Shown here: positions 18,217 to 27,834 of the stretch, one piece after another
Numbering within the stretch: position 1 is the first letter of the stretch
Layout of the letters: each line of letters opens with the position of its first letter
Assembly (NCBI GenBank): GCA_963716255.1
Contig: OY970303.1
Coordinates: forward strand, 5,984,001-6,048,000
Origin: an uncultured Gemmatimonadales bacterium
GTDB taxonomy: Bacteria > Gemmatimonadota > Gemmatimonadetes > Longimicrobiales > Longimicrobiaceae
DNA length: 64,000 nucleotides
Direction: 5' to 3'
Program-made: the position numbers and the translations under genes
Notes under the pieces: model-generated
The model's database searches: none
The model's input: the letters and a program-made list of their open reading frames with translations, nothing else
What the model was told of the DNA's origin: nothing

Positions 18217-20421
18217 ATGAGCGCCACCGAGCCGGTCGCGCCAGAGATCCCCCCGAGCCCCGCCGCCGTCTCCCTTCCGGGCGGCCTGGGCCCCGGCGCC
18301 GCCGCGGCGCTGGAGGCCGAGATGGAGCGCGTTCCCCTGTCCGCGGGGGACGCGCTCTTCGCCGCCCCCCGCTCCGGTGCCGCGCTTTACCTGGTGCTGG
18401 AGGGGCTGCTGCACGCCGCCGAGCCCGCCCCGGACGGGTCCGAGACGCGGGTCCGCGAGGTGGAGGCCGGCGAGGCGCTGGACGAGATGCAGCTCTTCGC
18501 CGGGAGCGCCCGCCCGGTGGTCGTGCGCGCCGCCCGCGACTCCGTGGTGGGGCGCGTCCCCGGCGCCGCGGTGGACCGGCTGTGCGCCGCGCACCCCGAG
18601 ATCCGCGGCGCGCTCCGCAGGCTCCACGCGCGCCAGCTCCTGTGCCGGCTGCACGGCGTCTTCGGCGCCTTCGGGCGGCAGCTCCTGGACGACGTGGAGG
18701 CCACCGCCGACTGGGTACACCTTCCCCGCGGCCGCCTCCTGTTCGAGCAGAACACCGCGGCGGACGGGCTGTACTTCGTGGTCAGCGGCCGCGTGCAGAC
18801 GCTGCGGGTGGAGCGCGACGGGTCCACCCGCGTGCTTTCCGAGTCCGGGCGCGGCGAGGTGGCCGGGGAGATGGGGTTCTTCGGCGTCCCCACCCGCGGC
18901 GAGCGCGTGCGGGCCGTGCGCGACAGCGTGCTGGTGGGCTTCACCGCCGACGAGTTCGACCGGCTCGCCGCGCGCCAGCCCCAGCTCCTTCGCCGCGTGG
19001 CCCGCGGGCTGGTGGAGCGCCTGCACCACGGGCCGCGCGCCGGCCCGGGACACGTCGTCAACGTCGCCGTGCTCCCGGCCGCCTCCGGCGCCCCCGTGCG
19101 CGAGTTCTGCGACCGGCTGGTGGCCGCGCTGGAGGCGCACGGCCCGGTCCTGCGGCTGGACGCCGCGGGGGTGGACGCGCGCATGGACGAGGCGGGGATC
19201 GCGCAGGCGTGGGAGGGGAGCCCCGACAATTCCCGGCTGCTGGCGTGGCTGGAGGCGCAGGAGGCCGCGCACCGCTTCGTCGTGTACGAGGCCGAGGCGG
19301 GCACCACCCCCTGGACCCGCCGCTGCATGCGCCAGGCGGACCGCCTCCTGCTGCTTGCGCGTGCGGAAGACGATCCCCGCCCCGGCGAGGCCGAGCGCGC
19401 GCTGCTGGGGCTGGAGGGGCGCGTCACCGACGCGCACCAGGTGCTGGTGCTGCTGCACGCCCGCGGCGACCGGCTCCCCTCCGGCACCCGCCGCTGGCTG
19501 GAGGCGCGCCGGGTGGACGAGCACCACCACCTTCGCTGGACCGAGGCGGGCGACTTCGCGCGGCTGGCGCGCGTGCTGGCGGGGCGGGCCGTGGGCGTGG
19601 TGCTGGGGGGCGGCGGGGCGCGCGGGCTGGCGCACATCGGGGTGGTGCGGGCGCTGGTGGAAGCCGGCATCCCCATCGACATGGTGGGCGGCACCAGCAT
19701 GGGCGGCGCCATCGCCGCGCAGCACGCCATGGGGTGGAGCCCTCGGCGGATCCACGAGGTCAACCACCGCGTCTGGGTGCAGATCCGCCCGCACACCCGC
19801 TACACGGTGCCCATCCTCTCGCTGATCGGCCAGAGGGGGTCCGACCAGTGCGGGAGCATGCTGTACGGGGACACCCGGATCGAGGACCTCTGGATCCCCT
19901 TCTTCTGCGTTTCCAGCAACCTGACCACCGCCGAAAAGGTGGTGCACCGCACCGGGTCGCTGCGCCTCGCCTCCACGGCCAGCGGCTCCCTCCCCGGCGC
20001 CGCCATCCCCGTGCTGGCCGACGGGTGCCTGCTGGTGGACGGCGCCGTCCTCGACAACCTCCCCACCGACGTCATGCGCGGCCTGGGCGCCGGGGTGGTG
20101 ATCGCCTCCGAGGTGTCGGTGGAGCAGGACGCCACCTTCACCTGCGAGCGCGTCCCCTCGCCGTGGGAGGTGATCCGCGGGCGCTTCGCCCGGCGGGGCC
20201 CACGGGTGTGCTTCCCGTCGCTGATCGAGGTGGCCATGCGCGCCTCCATGCTGAACAGCGTCCACCGCGAGCGGGCCGCGCACGCCGAAGCCGACCTGTG
20301 CTTCCACCCGCCCATCGACCGCTTCCGGCTGATGGACTTCCCCCACCTGGACGACATCGTAGCGGCCGGGTACGCCCACGCCGCCGGGATCCTGCGCGCC
20401 TGGCCCGGCATGGACGTCTGA
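18217..20421 (+). CDS. Tandem cNMP-binding + patatin-like phospholipase (NTE-like)
   Basis: Two cNMP-binding-like domains; GGGGARG, GTSMG and DGA motifs. Confidence 0.9.
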   Translation: MSATEPVAPEIPPSPAAVSLPGGLGPGAAAALEAEMERVPLSAGDALFAAPRSGAALYLVLEGLLHAAEPAPDGSETRVREVEAGEALDEMQLFAGSARPVVVRAARDSVVGRVPGAAVDRLCAAHPEIRGALRRLHARQLLCRLHGVFGAFGRQLLDDVEATADWVHLPRGRLLFEQNTAADGLYFVVSGRVQTLRVERDGSTRVLSESGRGEVAGEMGFFGVPTRGERVRAVRDSVLVGFTADEFDRLAARQPQLLRRVARGLVERLHHGPRAGPGHVVNVAVLPAASGAPVREFCDRLVAALEAHGPVLRLDAAGVDARMDEAGIAQAWEGSPDNSRLLAWLEAQEAAHRFVVYEAEAGTTPWTRRCMRQADRLLLLARAEDDPRPGEAERALLGLEGRVTDAHQVLVLLHARGDRLPSGTRRWLEARRVDEHHHLRWTEAGDFARLARVLAGRAVGVVLGGGGARGLAHIGVVRALVEAGIPIDMVGGTSMGGAIAAQHAMGWSPRRIHEVNHRVWVQIRPHTRYTVPILSLIGQRGSDQCGSMLYGDTRIEDLWIPFFCVSSNLTTAEKVVHRTGSLRLASTASGSLPGAAIPVLADGCLLVDGAVLDNLPTDVMRGLGAGVVIASEVSVEQDATFTCERVPSPWEVIRGRFARRGPRVCFPSLIEVAMRASMLNSVHRERAAHAEADLCFHPPIDRFRLMDFPHLDDIVAAGYAHAAGILRAWPGMDV

Positions 20422-20443
20422 ACGGCTCGAACTGCGGGTTTGG

Positions 20444-20574
20444 GCGTGCCCCCGGCTGGCGCCGGGGTCGGGCTTCGGCTCCGTAAGCCCGCGAACAACG
20501 CGGGCTAACGGAGTCGAGACCCGGCGGAAACAGCCCCGCCGGGTCTCGCCCCTTCGGGCCGAAATCCCTCACGC
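20444..20574 (-). repeat. Family A structured repeat, copy A5 (inverted)
   Basis: Extended P4 stem and AGCCCGC/GCGGGCT P5 stem; nearly identical to A8; partial family C follows (about 20603-20637). Confidence 0.92.
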
Positions 20575-20827
20575 GGGGCTCGCGCTGGCGTCCGTGGGGA
20601 CTCCCACCCGGCTCGCTTGAGGCTCGCCCTCCTCCCCCGGCCGACCCCCATCCCCGGAGCTGCCCGAAGCGGCACGCCGTCGACGTTCCGCCGGCGACGC
20701 AAGCTCCCGTGCCGGCCCCGTTTGCGCGCTCCGCCGCCCGTGCATGGCCCTGCCTTTGCTATACCGGTGTGATCCGCCGCACGGGGAAACTCCGCGGTGG
20801 AACCCCAACCGCCAGAGGAGCGCAGCC

Positions 20828-21601
20828 ATGAGCACGCGAGCCGCCCGATACTTCCTTCCCACGGCAGTCCTCGCGGCGGTGCTCGCCGCGTGTGGGGGCG
20901 GGGACGACGCGGCGCGCGCCGGCGAAGCGCCGGGCGCGGCGCGGGCCGTGTACACCAGCGAGGTGGAGAGCGTCAGCCGGTGGATCCAGCAGGGTGGGGG
21001 GAGCGCCGACTCCGCCGGGCTGGTCGCGGCGCCCAACCCGCGGGGGGAGGGGATCCTGGTGTACTCGCGCAGCGCAGACTCCGCGTCCGGCGGGGAGCGG
21101 GCGGCGTGGGTGGTGGTGGACTCGCAGGTGGTGCCGCTCAACCAGGCGGGGCGCCGCGCGGCGCCGCAGCGGGCCGCGGCGCGGGACGAGGAGCGCACCT
21201 GGGAGCGCATCGGGATCAAGCGCACCGACGGCAACGCCGACCTGCGCGACATCCTCCCCGTGCCCGACGCGCCGCCCGCCCGCGAGCGCCCCGCCCCGCG
21301 CGAGGCGCCCCTCCCCCCCATGCCCGACTCCTCCGCGCCCGTGCCCTTCCCGGAGGCCGCGCCCGCGCCGCGCGTGACGGGCCCGCGCGACACCCTGCGC
21401 GTCCCCGCCGGGCGCGCCGGGCCGGCGCAGACGCCCGCCCGGCGCGACAGCTCGGCGCGGGAGCCGGCGGACACGCTGCGCATCCCCGCGGCCGGGCGGC
21501 CGATGCGCGACACCGTCCGCGTCCCCGGTCCGTCGGCACCCGGGGCGACGCCCGAGCCCGCCGCGCCCGCGACGCCCGCTCCCGCGCTCCCCGGCGCCTG
21601 A
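20828..21601 (+). CDS. Hypothetical lipoprotein with Pro/Ala-rich repetitive tail
   Basis: GAGGAG RBS; lipobox LAAC; DT(L/V)R(V/I)P three times. Confidence 0.7.
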   Translation: MSTRAARYFLPTAVLAAVLAACGGGDDAARAGEAPGAARAVYTSEVESVSRWIQQGGGSADSAGLVAAPNPRGEGILVYSRSADSASGGERAAWVVVDSQVVPLNQAGRRAAPQRAAARDEERTWERIGIKRTDGNADLRDILPVPDAPPARERPAPREAPLPPMPDSSAPVPFPEAAPAPRVTGPRDTLRVPAGRAGPAQTPARRDSSAREPADTLRIPAAGRPMRDTVRVPGPSAPGATPEPAAPATPAPALPGA

Positions 21602-21875
21602 GGGGCGCCGCGTCCTCTCCGGTCTCCGGCCAGCTTCGCCGGGCCGTGCGGGCAGCTCGCCGGCTTTGCCGTCGAGCGGTTCCTGGCCTCCGTCACCGCC
21701 CCCCCCGCACCGCGCTCCGGGTCCTTGACGCCGCCCGTCACGGACGTGTAGCTTGCGAATAAAATGCGCCAGGAAGGCGGCGCTCTCCTTTGCCGCGTGC
21801 CTTCCTGGCCGGTCCCGTGCAGCCGCTCCGCCGCCCCGGCGGCGCTTTCCCGCTCTCCAGTCGCAGGTACGCACC

Positions 21876-22844
21876 ATGCCTCTTCTCCCCACCCGGTGGA
21901 TCTGGTTCAACGGCGAGATGGTGCCGTGGGAAAACGCCACGGTGCACGTCATGACGTACGGCCTGCACATGGGCGCCTCGATCTTCGAGGGGATCCGCTG
22001 TTATCCCACCTCCATGGGCCCCGCCGTCTTCCGGCTTCGGGAGCACATCCGCCGGCTCACCGACTCCGCGCGCATCTTCCGCATGGACCTCCCCTTCGAC
22101 GAGGCCCGGGTGAGGGAAGCGTGCCGCGAGGTGATCCGCGTCAACGACCTCGCCGGGGCGTACCTGCGGCCGCTGGCGTGGCTGGGCGTGGGCGAGCTGG
22201 GGACCAACCCCATCGGCCACCCGGTGGAGATGATGGTGGGCGCCTTCGAGTGGGGCGCGTACCTGGGCGAGGGGGGGCTGGAGAACGGCGTGGACGTGTG
22301 CGTCTCGTCGTGGCGCCGGGTGGCCCCGGACACCATCCCCTCCATGGCAAAGGCCGGGGGGACGTACCTGTCGTCGCAGCTCATCAGCCGCGAAGCAAAG
22401 ACCAACGGCTACGCCGAGGGGATCGGGCTGGACGTGAACGGCTACCTGGGCGAGGGCTCCGCCGAGAACCTGTTCGTCATCCGCGACGGGGTCCTCTACA
22501 CCCCGCCCGTGAGCTGCGGCATCCTCCCCGGGATCACCCGCGACTCCGTCGTCACCATCGCCCGCGACCTGGGCTACGAAGTGCGCGAGCAGGTCCTTCC
22601 CCGCGAGATCCTGTACGTGGCCGACGAGCTGTTCTTCACCGGCACCGCCGCCGAGATCACCCCCATCCGCTCGGTGGACCGCCTGGTCGTCGGGACGGGG
22701 AAGCGCGGCCCCATCACCGCCGAGATCCAGCACCGCTACTTCGCCATCGTGCGCGGCGAGGCCGAGGACACGTGGGGGTGGCTGGACCACGTGCAGCCGC
22801 AGCCCGAGCGCGCCCGCCCCCTCGCCGTCGCCCAGCCCGCCTGA
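21876..22844 (+). CDS. ilvE: Branched-chain amino acid aminotransferase (class IV PLP enzyme)
   Basis: FEGIRCY, FRLREH, YLRP, AKAGG, EGSAENLF, ILPGITR, ADELFFTGTAAE. Confidence 0.9.
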   Translation: MPLLPTRWIWFNGEMVPWENATVHVMTYGLHMGASIFEGIRCYPTSMGPAVFRLREHIRRLTDSARIFRMDLPFDEARVREACREVIRVNDLAGAYLRPLAWLGVGELGTNPIGHPVEMMVGAFEWGAYLGEGGLENGVDVCVSSWRRVAPDTIPSMAKAGGTYLSSQLISREAKTNGYAEGIGLDVNGYLGEGSAENLFVIRDGVLYTPPVSCGILPGITRDSVVTIARDLGYEVREQVLPREILYVADELFFTGTAAEITPIRSVDRLVVGTGKRGPITAEIQHRYFAIVRGEAEDTWGWLDHVQPQPERARPLAVAQPA

Positions 22845-22858
22845 CCCGGAGAGAACCG

Positions 22859-23215
22859 ATGCCCGCCACCGCCAACACGCTGGTGCACGACCTTTTCGAC
22901 GCGATCGACTCGCGCGAGTTCGACCGCCTCCACGACGTCTGCCACCCCGAGATCGTGTACGAGCGCCCCGGCTACGAGGCGTTCTCCGGGATGGAGCGCC
23001 TGCTCCGGTTCTACCGCGAGGAGCGCGTCATCGCCAGCGGCCGGCACCACCTCACCGCCGTGCTGGTGGACGACGCCTTCGGCGCCTGCTGGGGCCGCTT
23101 CGTCGGCACGCACCGCGACGGCTCCGACATCGACGTGGAGTTCGCGGACACCTACGAGATCGAGGACGGAAAGATCCGCCGGCGCAAATCGTTCTTCTAC
23201 GTGCCGGCGGTGTGA
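22859..23215 (+). CDS. SnoaL-like / NTF2-fold protein
   Basis: LFDAIDSREFDRL...HPEIVYERPG...FADTYEIEDGKI pattern. Confidence 0.82.
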   Translation: MPATANTLVHDLFDAIDSREFDRLHDVCHPEIVYERPGYEAFSGMERLLRFYREERVIASGRHHLTAVLVDDAFGACWGRFVGTHRDGSDIDVEFADTYEIEDGKIRRRKSFFYVPAV

Positions 23216-23251
23216 CGGCAGGGAACAGGGAACAGCCTGCAAACGGCGGCT

Positions 23252-23302
23252 CCCACCCGGCTCACTCGAGGCTCGCCACCCTCCCCCGATTCCGGGGGAG
23301 GG
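23252..23302. repeat. Family C REP-like element
   Basis: CCCACCCGGCTCACTCGAGGCTCGCCA-CCCTCCCCCGATTCCGGGGGAGGG. Confidence 0.85.
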
Positions 23303-23346
23303 TTTTCTGTCGTGGTTAGTTTACGTCGTACCCCTATGATCTTTGA

Positions 23347-23474
23347 CGGAGGGAGACTCGCCGGCTGTTTGGCGAGGCTCACTCCGGCGCAGGGAAACCC
23401 GCCGGCCGTTTGGCGGGGTTCCGTGCGCCCGCGGAGGAGACCGGCAGCAGTACCGCCGGGCTCCGTAGCGGCCC
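23347..23474 (+). repeat. Family B three-hairpin repeat, copy B1
   Basis: Three tandem hairpins GGAR-A-stem-loop-stem-G-YTC; loops GGCTGTTT, GGCCGTTT, AGCAGTACC. Confidence 0.85.
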
Positions 23475-23624
23475 GCCACGACAAACCAGGACATCCCAGG
23501 AACCCACGGACGCAAAGCCGTGTAGACCTCGCCGCGCAATGGTCGAAAAAACTCGCTGGCGGTTGCGCTCCCCGGGCCGTATCGTGTAAACGTCCAGTCC
23601 CACCCCACAACCGAAGGCCTGCCC

Positions 23625-24977
23625 ATGAAACGAGCGCTACTGATGCTGGGCCTGCTGGCCGCCGCGCCGGCGGCGGCCCAGGAGGTGAGTATCCCCCACA
23701 CCACCTTCCAGCTCCCCAACGGGCTGCGGGTGATCGTCAACGAGGACCACTCCACCCCCATCGTCGCCGTCAACGTGTGGTACCACGTGGGCGCCGGGTA
23801 CGAGAAGCCGGGACGGACCGGCTTCGCGCACCTGTTCGAGCACATCCTCTTCGAGGGCAGCAAGAACGTCCCCGAGGGCGACTTCGACAACCTCCTGGAG
23901 GCGGCGGGCGCCATCAACAACGGGAGCACCAACTCCGACCGCACCAACTACTACGAGGTCCTCCCCGCCAACGCCCTGGACCTGGCGCTCTGGCTGGAGG
24001 CCGACCGCATGGGCGGCCTGCTGGACGCCATGAACGAGGGCAAGCTCAACGGGCAGCGCGAGATCGTCAAGAACGAGCGGCGCGAGCGGGTGGAGAACGT
24101 TCCCTACGGCCGTCTCTTCGAGACCGCGTTCGCCGCGCTCTACCCGGAGGGACACCCGTACTCCTGGCCCATCGTGGGGTCCATGGCCGACCTGTCGGCC
24201 GCGACGCTTCAGGACGTGGAAGGCTTCTTCCGCACCTACTACGTCCCCAACAACGCCGTGCTCGCCATCTCCGGCGACGTCACCGCCGAGCAGGTGCGGC
24301 CGCTGGTGGAACGGTACTTCGGGTGGATCCCGCGGGGGCAGGACGTGGTCCGGCCGGACATCCCCGTGCCGCCCATCGCCCAGACGCGCCACATCACCCT
24401 GGAGGACCGGGTGACGCTGCCGCAGCTGTCGCTGATCTGGCGCTCCGACAAGTCGTACTCGCGCGACGACGCCGCGCTGCAGGCGCTCGCGTCCATCCTC
24501 GCCGACGGCAAGAACAGCCGGCTCTACAAGCGGCTGGTGTACGACCAGAAGGTGGCGCAGGACGTGAGCGCCTTCAACTACGCCCAGCTGCTTTCCGGCG
24601 ACTTCTTCGTGCAGGTGACGGCCCGCCCCGACACCGAGCTGCCGGCCATGGAGCGCGCCGTGGACGAGGAGATCGCGAAGATCGCACAGACCCCGCCCAG
24701 CGCCGACGAGATGAGGCGCGTGGTGTCCGGCCTGGAAACCTCCTTCGTGCGCCAGCTGGAGACCAGCGCCGGCAAGGCCGACCAGCTGAACGGCTACCTG
24801 TACTACACGGGCAGCTCCGACTACGCGGGGCAGGACCTGGCGCGCTTCCGCTCGCTCACGCCCGCGGACGTGCAGCGGGTGGCGCGCGAGTACCTGGTGA
24901 ACAAGAACCGCGTCGTCGTCAGCATCGTCCCGCAGGGCAGGACCAACCTCGCCGTCGCCGCAAAGGAGAACGACTGA
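23625..24977 (+). CDS. M16 family zinc peptidase, catalytic subunit, secreted
   Basis: Signal peptide; TGFAHLFEH (HxxEH); NGST..DRTNYY; VKNERR. Confidence 0.93.
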   Translation: MKRALLMLGLLAAAPAAAQEVSIPHTTFQLPNGLRVIVNEDHSTPIVAVNVWYHVGAGYEKPGRTGFAHLFEHILFEGSKNVPEGDFDNLLEAAGAINNGSTNSDRTNYYEVLPANALDLALWLEADRMGGLLDAMNEGKLNGQREIVKNERRERVENVPYGRLFETAFAALYPEGHPYSWPIVGSMADLSAATLQDVEGFFRTYYVPNNAVLAISGDVTAEQVRPLVERYFGWIPRGQDVVRPDIPVPPIAQTRHITLEDRVTLPQLSLIWRSDKSYSRDDAALQALASILADGKNSRLYKRLVYDQKVAQDVSAFNYAQLLSGDFFVQVTARPDTELPAMERAVDEEIAKIAQTPPSADEMRRVVSGLETSFVRQLETSAGKADQLNGYLYYTGSSDYAGQDLARFRSLTPADVQRVAREYLVNKNRVVVSIVPQGRTNLAVAAKEND

Positions 24978-26458
24978 TGAAGCGCTACGCAGGCATCCTC
25001 GCCGGCGTCCTCCTCGCGGGGTGCGCACCGGCCGCGCCGGAGGCCGCCCCGCCCGCGGCCCCGGCCCCGGAGCAGGCCGCCCCCGCCGCCACGGCGTCCC
25101 GGTTCCCCACCACCGCGCCGGTGCCGGGGGCCGTTCCCGCCGTCCGCGTCCCCGCGCCCGAGCGGCGCACCCTGCCCAACGGGCTCGCCGTCCTGTACGT
25201 GCGGCGCCCCGATGTCCCCGCGGTGCAGGCCGTGCTGGTCACTCGCGGCGGCGCCACCGACGACCCGACCGACCTCCCCGGGCTGGCCTCCTTCACCGCC
25301 GGCATGCTGGACGAGGGCGCCGGCGGCCGCACCTCGCTGCAGCTTTCCGACGAGCTGGACCAGCTGGGCGCGTCGCTGAGCGCCTCCGCCGGGTGGGACG
25401 CCGCCCAGGTGGGGCTGTACGTGCTCCGCGACCGTCTCCCCCAGGCGCTGCCGCTGATGGCCGACGTGGCCACGCGCCCCGACTTCCCGCAGGCCGACGT
25501 GGCGCGCGTGCGCGACGAGCTGGTCACCGAGCTGACCCGCGCCCGCGACAACCCCGGGGCCGTGGCCTCCAACGCCTTCGCCACGCTGGTGTACGGGCGG
25601 CAGCACCCGTACGGGCGCCTGTCCACCACCACCACCGCGCGGCGCCTGCAGCGGGCCCGGCTGGTGGCGTTCCACCGCAGCTTCTACCGTCCCCAGGGCT
25701 CCACGCTCATCCTGGTGGGCGACGTCGACGCCGCCACCGTGCACCCGCTGGTGGAGCGCGCCTTCGGCAGCTGGCAGGCCGGGGCGGCGCCGGCTCCGGC
25801 CGCGCTTCCCACGCCGGCCGCGGCGCAGACCCGCATCTACCTGATCGACAAGCCCGGCGCCCCGCAGTCGGAGGTCCGCATCGGCCACCCCGCCGTCGCG
25901 CGCAACAACCCCGACTTCTTCCCCATGCTGGTGCTCAACACCCTGCTGGGGGGCTCCTTCACCAGCCGGCTGCAGCAGAACCTGCGTGAGACGCACGGCT
26001 ACACCTACGGCGCCCGCTCCAGCTTCTCCTGGCGCCGGGCCGCGGGGCCCTTCCAGGCCGCCGCCGCCGTGCGCACCGCCGTCACCGACAGCTCGCTGGT
26101 GGAGTTCTTCAAGGAGCTGAACCGCGTCCGCACCGAGGCCGTGCCCGCCGACGAGCTGGCGCGCGCCAAGAACTACGTGGCGCTGGGGCTCCCGCGGAAC
26201 CTGGAAACCAACTCCGCGCTCGCCTTCGGCATGGCCGACCTGGCCGGCTACGGGCTGGACTCCTCCTTCTACGACAGTTACGTGGACCGCGTCATGGCCG
26301 TCACCGCCGAGGACGTGCAGCGCGTGGCCAACCGCTTCGTGCGCCCGGGCGAGTCCGTGGTGGTGGTCGTGGGCGACCTCAAGACCATCGAGCCCACGGT
26401 GCGGGCGCTCAACCTCGGTCCCGTCGAGGTGCGTCCGGTCGGCGAGTTCGTGCAGTAG
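24977..26458 (+). CDS. M16 family peptidase, non-catalytic subunit, lipoprotein
   Basis: Lipobox LAGC; lacks HxxEH; GGSFTSRLQQNLRETHGYTYG motif. Confidence 0.9.
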   Translation: MKRYAGILAGVLLAGCAPAAPEAAPPAAPAPEQAAPAATASRFPTTAPVPGAVPAVRVPAPERRTLPNGLAVLYVRRPDVPAVQAVLVTRGGATDDPTDLPGLASFTAGMLDEGAGGRTSLQLSDELDQLGASLSASAGWDAAQVGLYVLRDRLPQALPLMADVATRPDFPQADVARVRDELVTELTRARDNPGAVASNAFATLVYGRQHPYGRLSTTTTARRLQRARLVAFHRSFYRPQGSTLILVGDVDAATVHPLVERAFGSWQAGAAPAPAALPTPAAAQTRIYLIDKPGAPQSEVRIGHPAVARNNPDFFPMLVLNTLLGGSFTSRLQQNLRETHGYTYGARSSFSWRRAAGPFQAAAAVRTAVTDSSLVEFFKELNRVRTEAVPADELARAKNYVALGLPRNLETNSALAFGMADLAGYGLDSSFYDSYVDRVMAVTAEDVQRVANRFVRPGESVVVVVGDLKTIEPTVRALNLGPVEVRPVGEFVQ

Positions 26459-26468
26459 TGTAGAAGAC

Positions 26469-26623
26469 GGGCCGCTACGGAGCCGGACGATACTGCCGTC
26501 CGTCTCCTGCGCGGGCTCCGGGAGCCAGGCCAAACAGCCGGCCTGTCTCCCTCCGCCGGGGCGAGCCAGCCGAAACAGCCCGGCTGTCTCCCCCCGAACA
26601 GATTCATTTGGGTACTGCGGAAC
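26469..26623 (-). repeat. Family B three-hairpin repeat, copy B2 (inverted)
   Basis: Reverse complement has three hairpins with loops GGCTGTTT, GGCTGTTT, GCAGTAT. Confidence 0.88.
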
Positions 26624-26628
26624 TGCGA

Positions 26629-26666
26629 ACGGCGCCCCCACCGGGATCTCCCGGTGGGGGCGCCGT
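26629..26666. terminator. Perfect 18-bp inverted repeat downstream of the M16 operon
   Basis: ACGGCGCCCCCACCGGGA-TC-TCCCGGTGGGGGCGCCGT. Confidence 0.5.
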
Positions 26667-26747
26667 CTGTCGTCGCAGGCTGTTCCCTGTGACGCTGCAC
26701 GCTGCGCGTGCACCGGATGAACCCTATTCCCTGTACCCTGCGTCTTC

Positions 26748-26776
26748 TTGACGCCCCCGTACCGCAGGTCTATCTT
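26748..26776 (+). promoter_or_regulatory. sigma70-type promoter of prs
   Basis: TTGACG-17 nt-TATCTT. Confidence 0.65.
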
Positions 26777-26813
26777 CGGGCCTTCGCCACAGCCAGGGAA
26801 CCCGAATCGCGCC

Positions 26814-27764
26814 ATGACAGACACGTCCCCCCACGCCCCGATGATGATGCTCTCCGGCTCGGCCAACCGGGAGCTGTCGGAGGAGATCGCCCGCAACCTC
26901 GGGATCCCGCTGGGAGACTGCACCATCAAGCGGTTCGCGGACGGGGAGATCTTCGTCCGCATCAACGAGAACGTCCGCGGGCGGGACCTGTACATCATCC
27001 AGCCCACCGTCCCCCCCGCCGACAACATCATGGAGCTGCTGCTCCTGCTGGACGCGGCGCGGCGGGCCTCGGCGGCCCGGATCACGGCGGTGATCCCGTA
27101 CTACGGGTACGGGCGGCAGGACCGCAAGGACCAGCCCCGCGTCGCCATCGGCGCCAAGCTGGTCGCCAACATGATCGTGTCCGCGGGGGCGGAGCGGGTC
27201 CTGGGGGTGGACTTCCACCAGCACCAGCTGCAGGGCTTCTTCGACATCCCCGTGGACCACCTGTACGCCGCGCCGGTCATCACCCGCTACTTCCTGGAAA
27301 AGAAGCTCAGCAACCTGGTGGTGGTCGCGCCGGACGTGGGCTCCGCAAAGATGGCGCGCGGCACCGCCAAGCGGCTCGACGCCACCATCGGCATCATCGA
27401 CAAGCGGCGCCCCACCGCCAACGTGTCCGAGGTGCTCCACGTCATCGGCGAGGTGGACGGGCGCGACTGCCTGATCGCCGACGACATGATCGACACCGCC
27501 GGCACCATGGTGGAGGCGGTCCACGCCCTCAAGGCCCGCGGCGCCCGCGACGTGTACTGCGCGGCCACCCACGCGCTGCTCTCCGGACCCGCGGTGGAAC
27601 GGCTTTCGCAAGCGCCCATCAAGGAGCTGGTGGTGACCAACACGGTCCCCGTCCCCGAGGAGAAGCGGTTCCCGCAGCTGAAGATCCTGTCCGTCGCGGA
27701 CCTGATCGCCCGCGCGATCCGCTACACGCACTCCAACGAGTCCGTCAGCTCCCTGTTCGACTGA
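26814..27764 (+). CDS. prs: Ribose-phosphate pyrophosphokinase
   Basis: FADGEIFVRI, PYYGYGRQDRK, VVAPDVG, DDMIDTAGT. Confidence 0.96.
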   Translation: MTDTSPHAPMMMLSGSANRELSEEIARNLGIPLGDCTIKRFADGEIFVRINENVRGRDLYIIQPTVPPADNIMELLLLLDAARRASAARITAVIPYYGYGRQDRKDQPRVAIGAKLVANMIVSAGAERVLGVDFHQHQLQGFFDIPVDHLYAAPVITRYFLEKKLSNLVVVAPDVGSAKMARGTAKRLDATIGIIDKRRPTANVSEVLHVIGEVDGRDCLIADDMIDTAGTMVEAVHALKARGARDVYCAATHALLSGPAVERLSQAPIKELVVTNTVPVPEEKRFPQLKILSVADLIARAIRYTHSNESVSSLFD

Positions 27765-27834
27765 ATCCGAAGCGGCACCCGCCGACCGCACCCTGCGGTA
27801 CGGGGGCGCCGCGCACGCGCAGGAGGAGAACGAC

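Noticed and set aside
23347..23474. Family B as a mini-CRISPR array or integron attC sites
   Set aside because: No unique spacers between identical repeats, no cas or intI gene, and no RYYYAAC/GTTRRRY core flanking cassettes.
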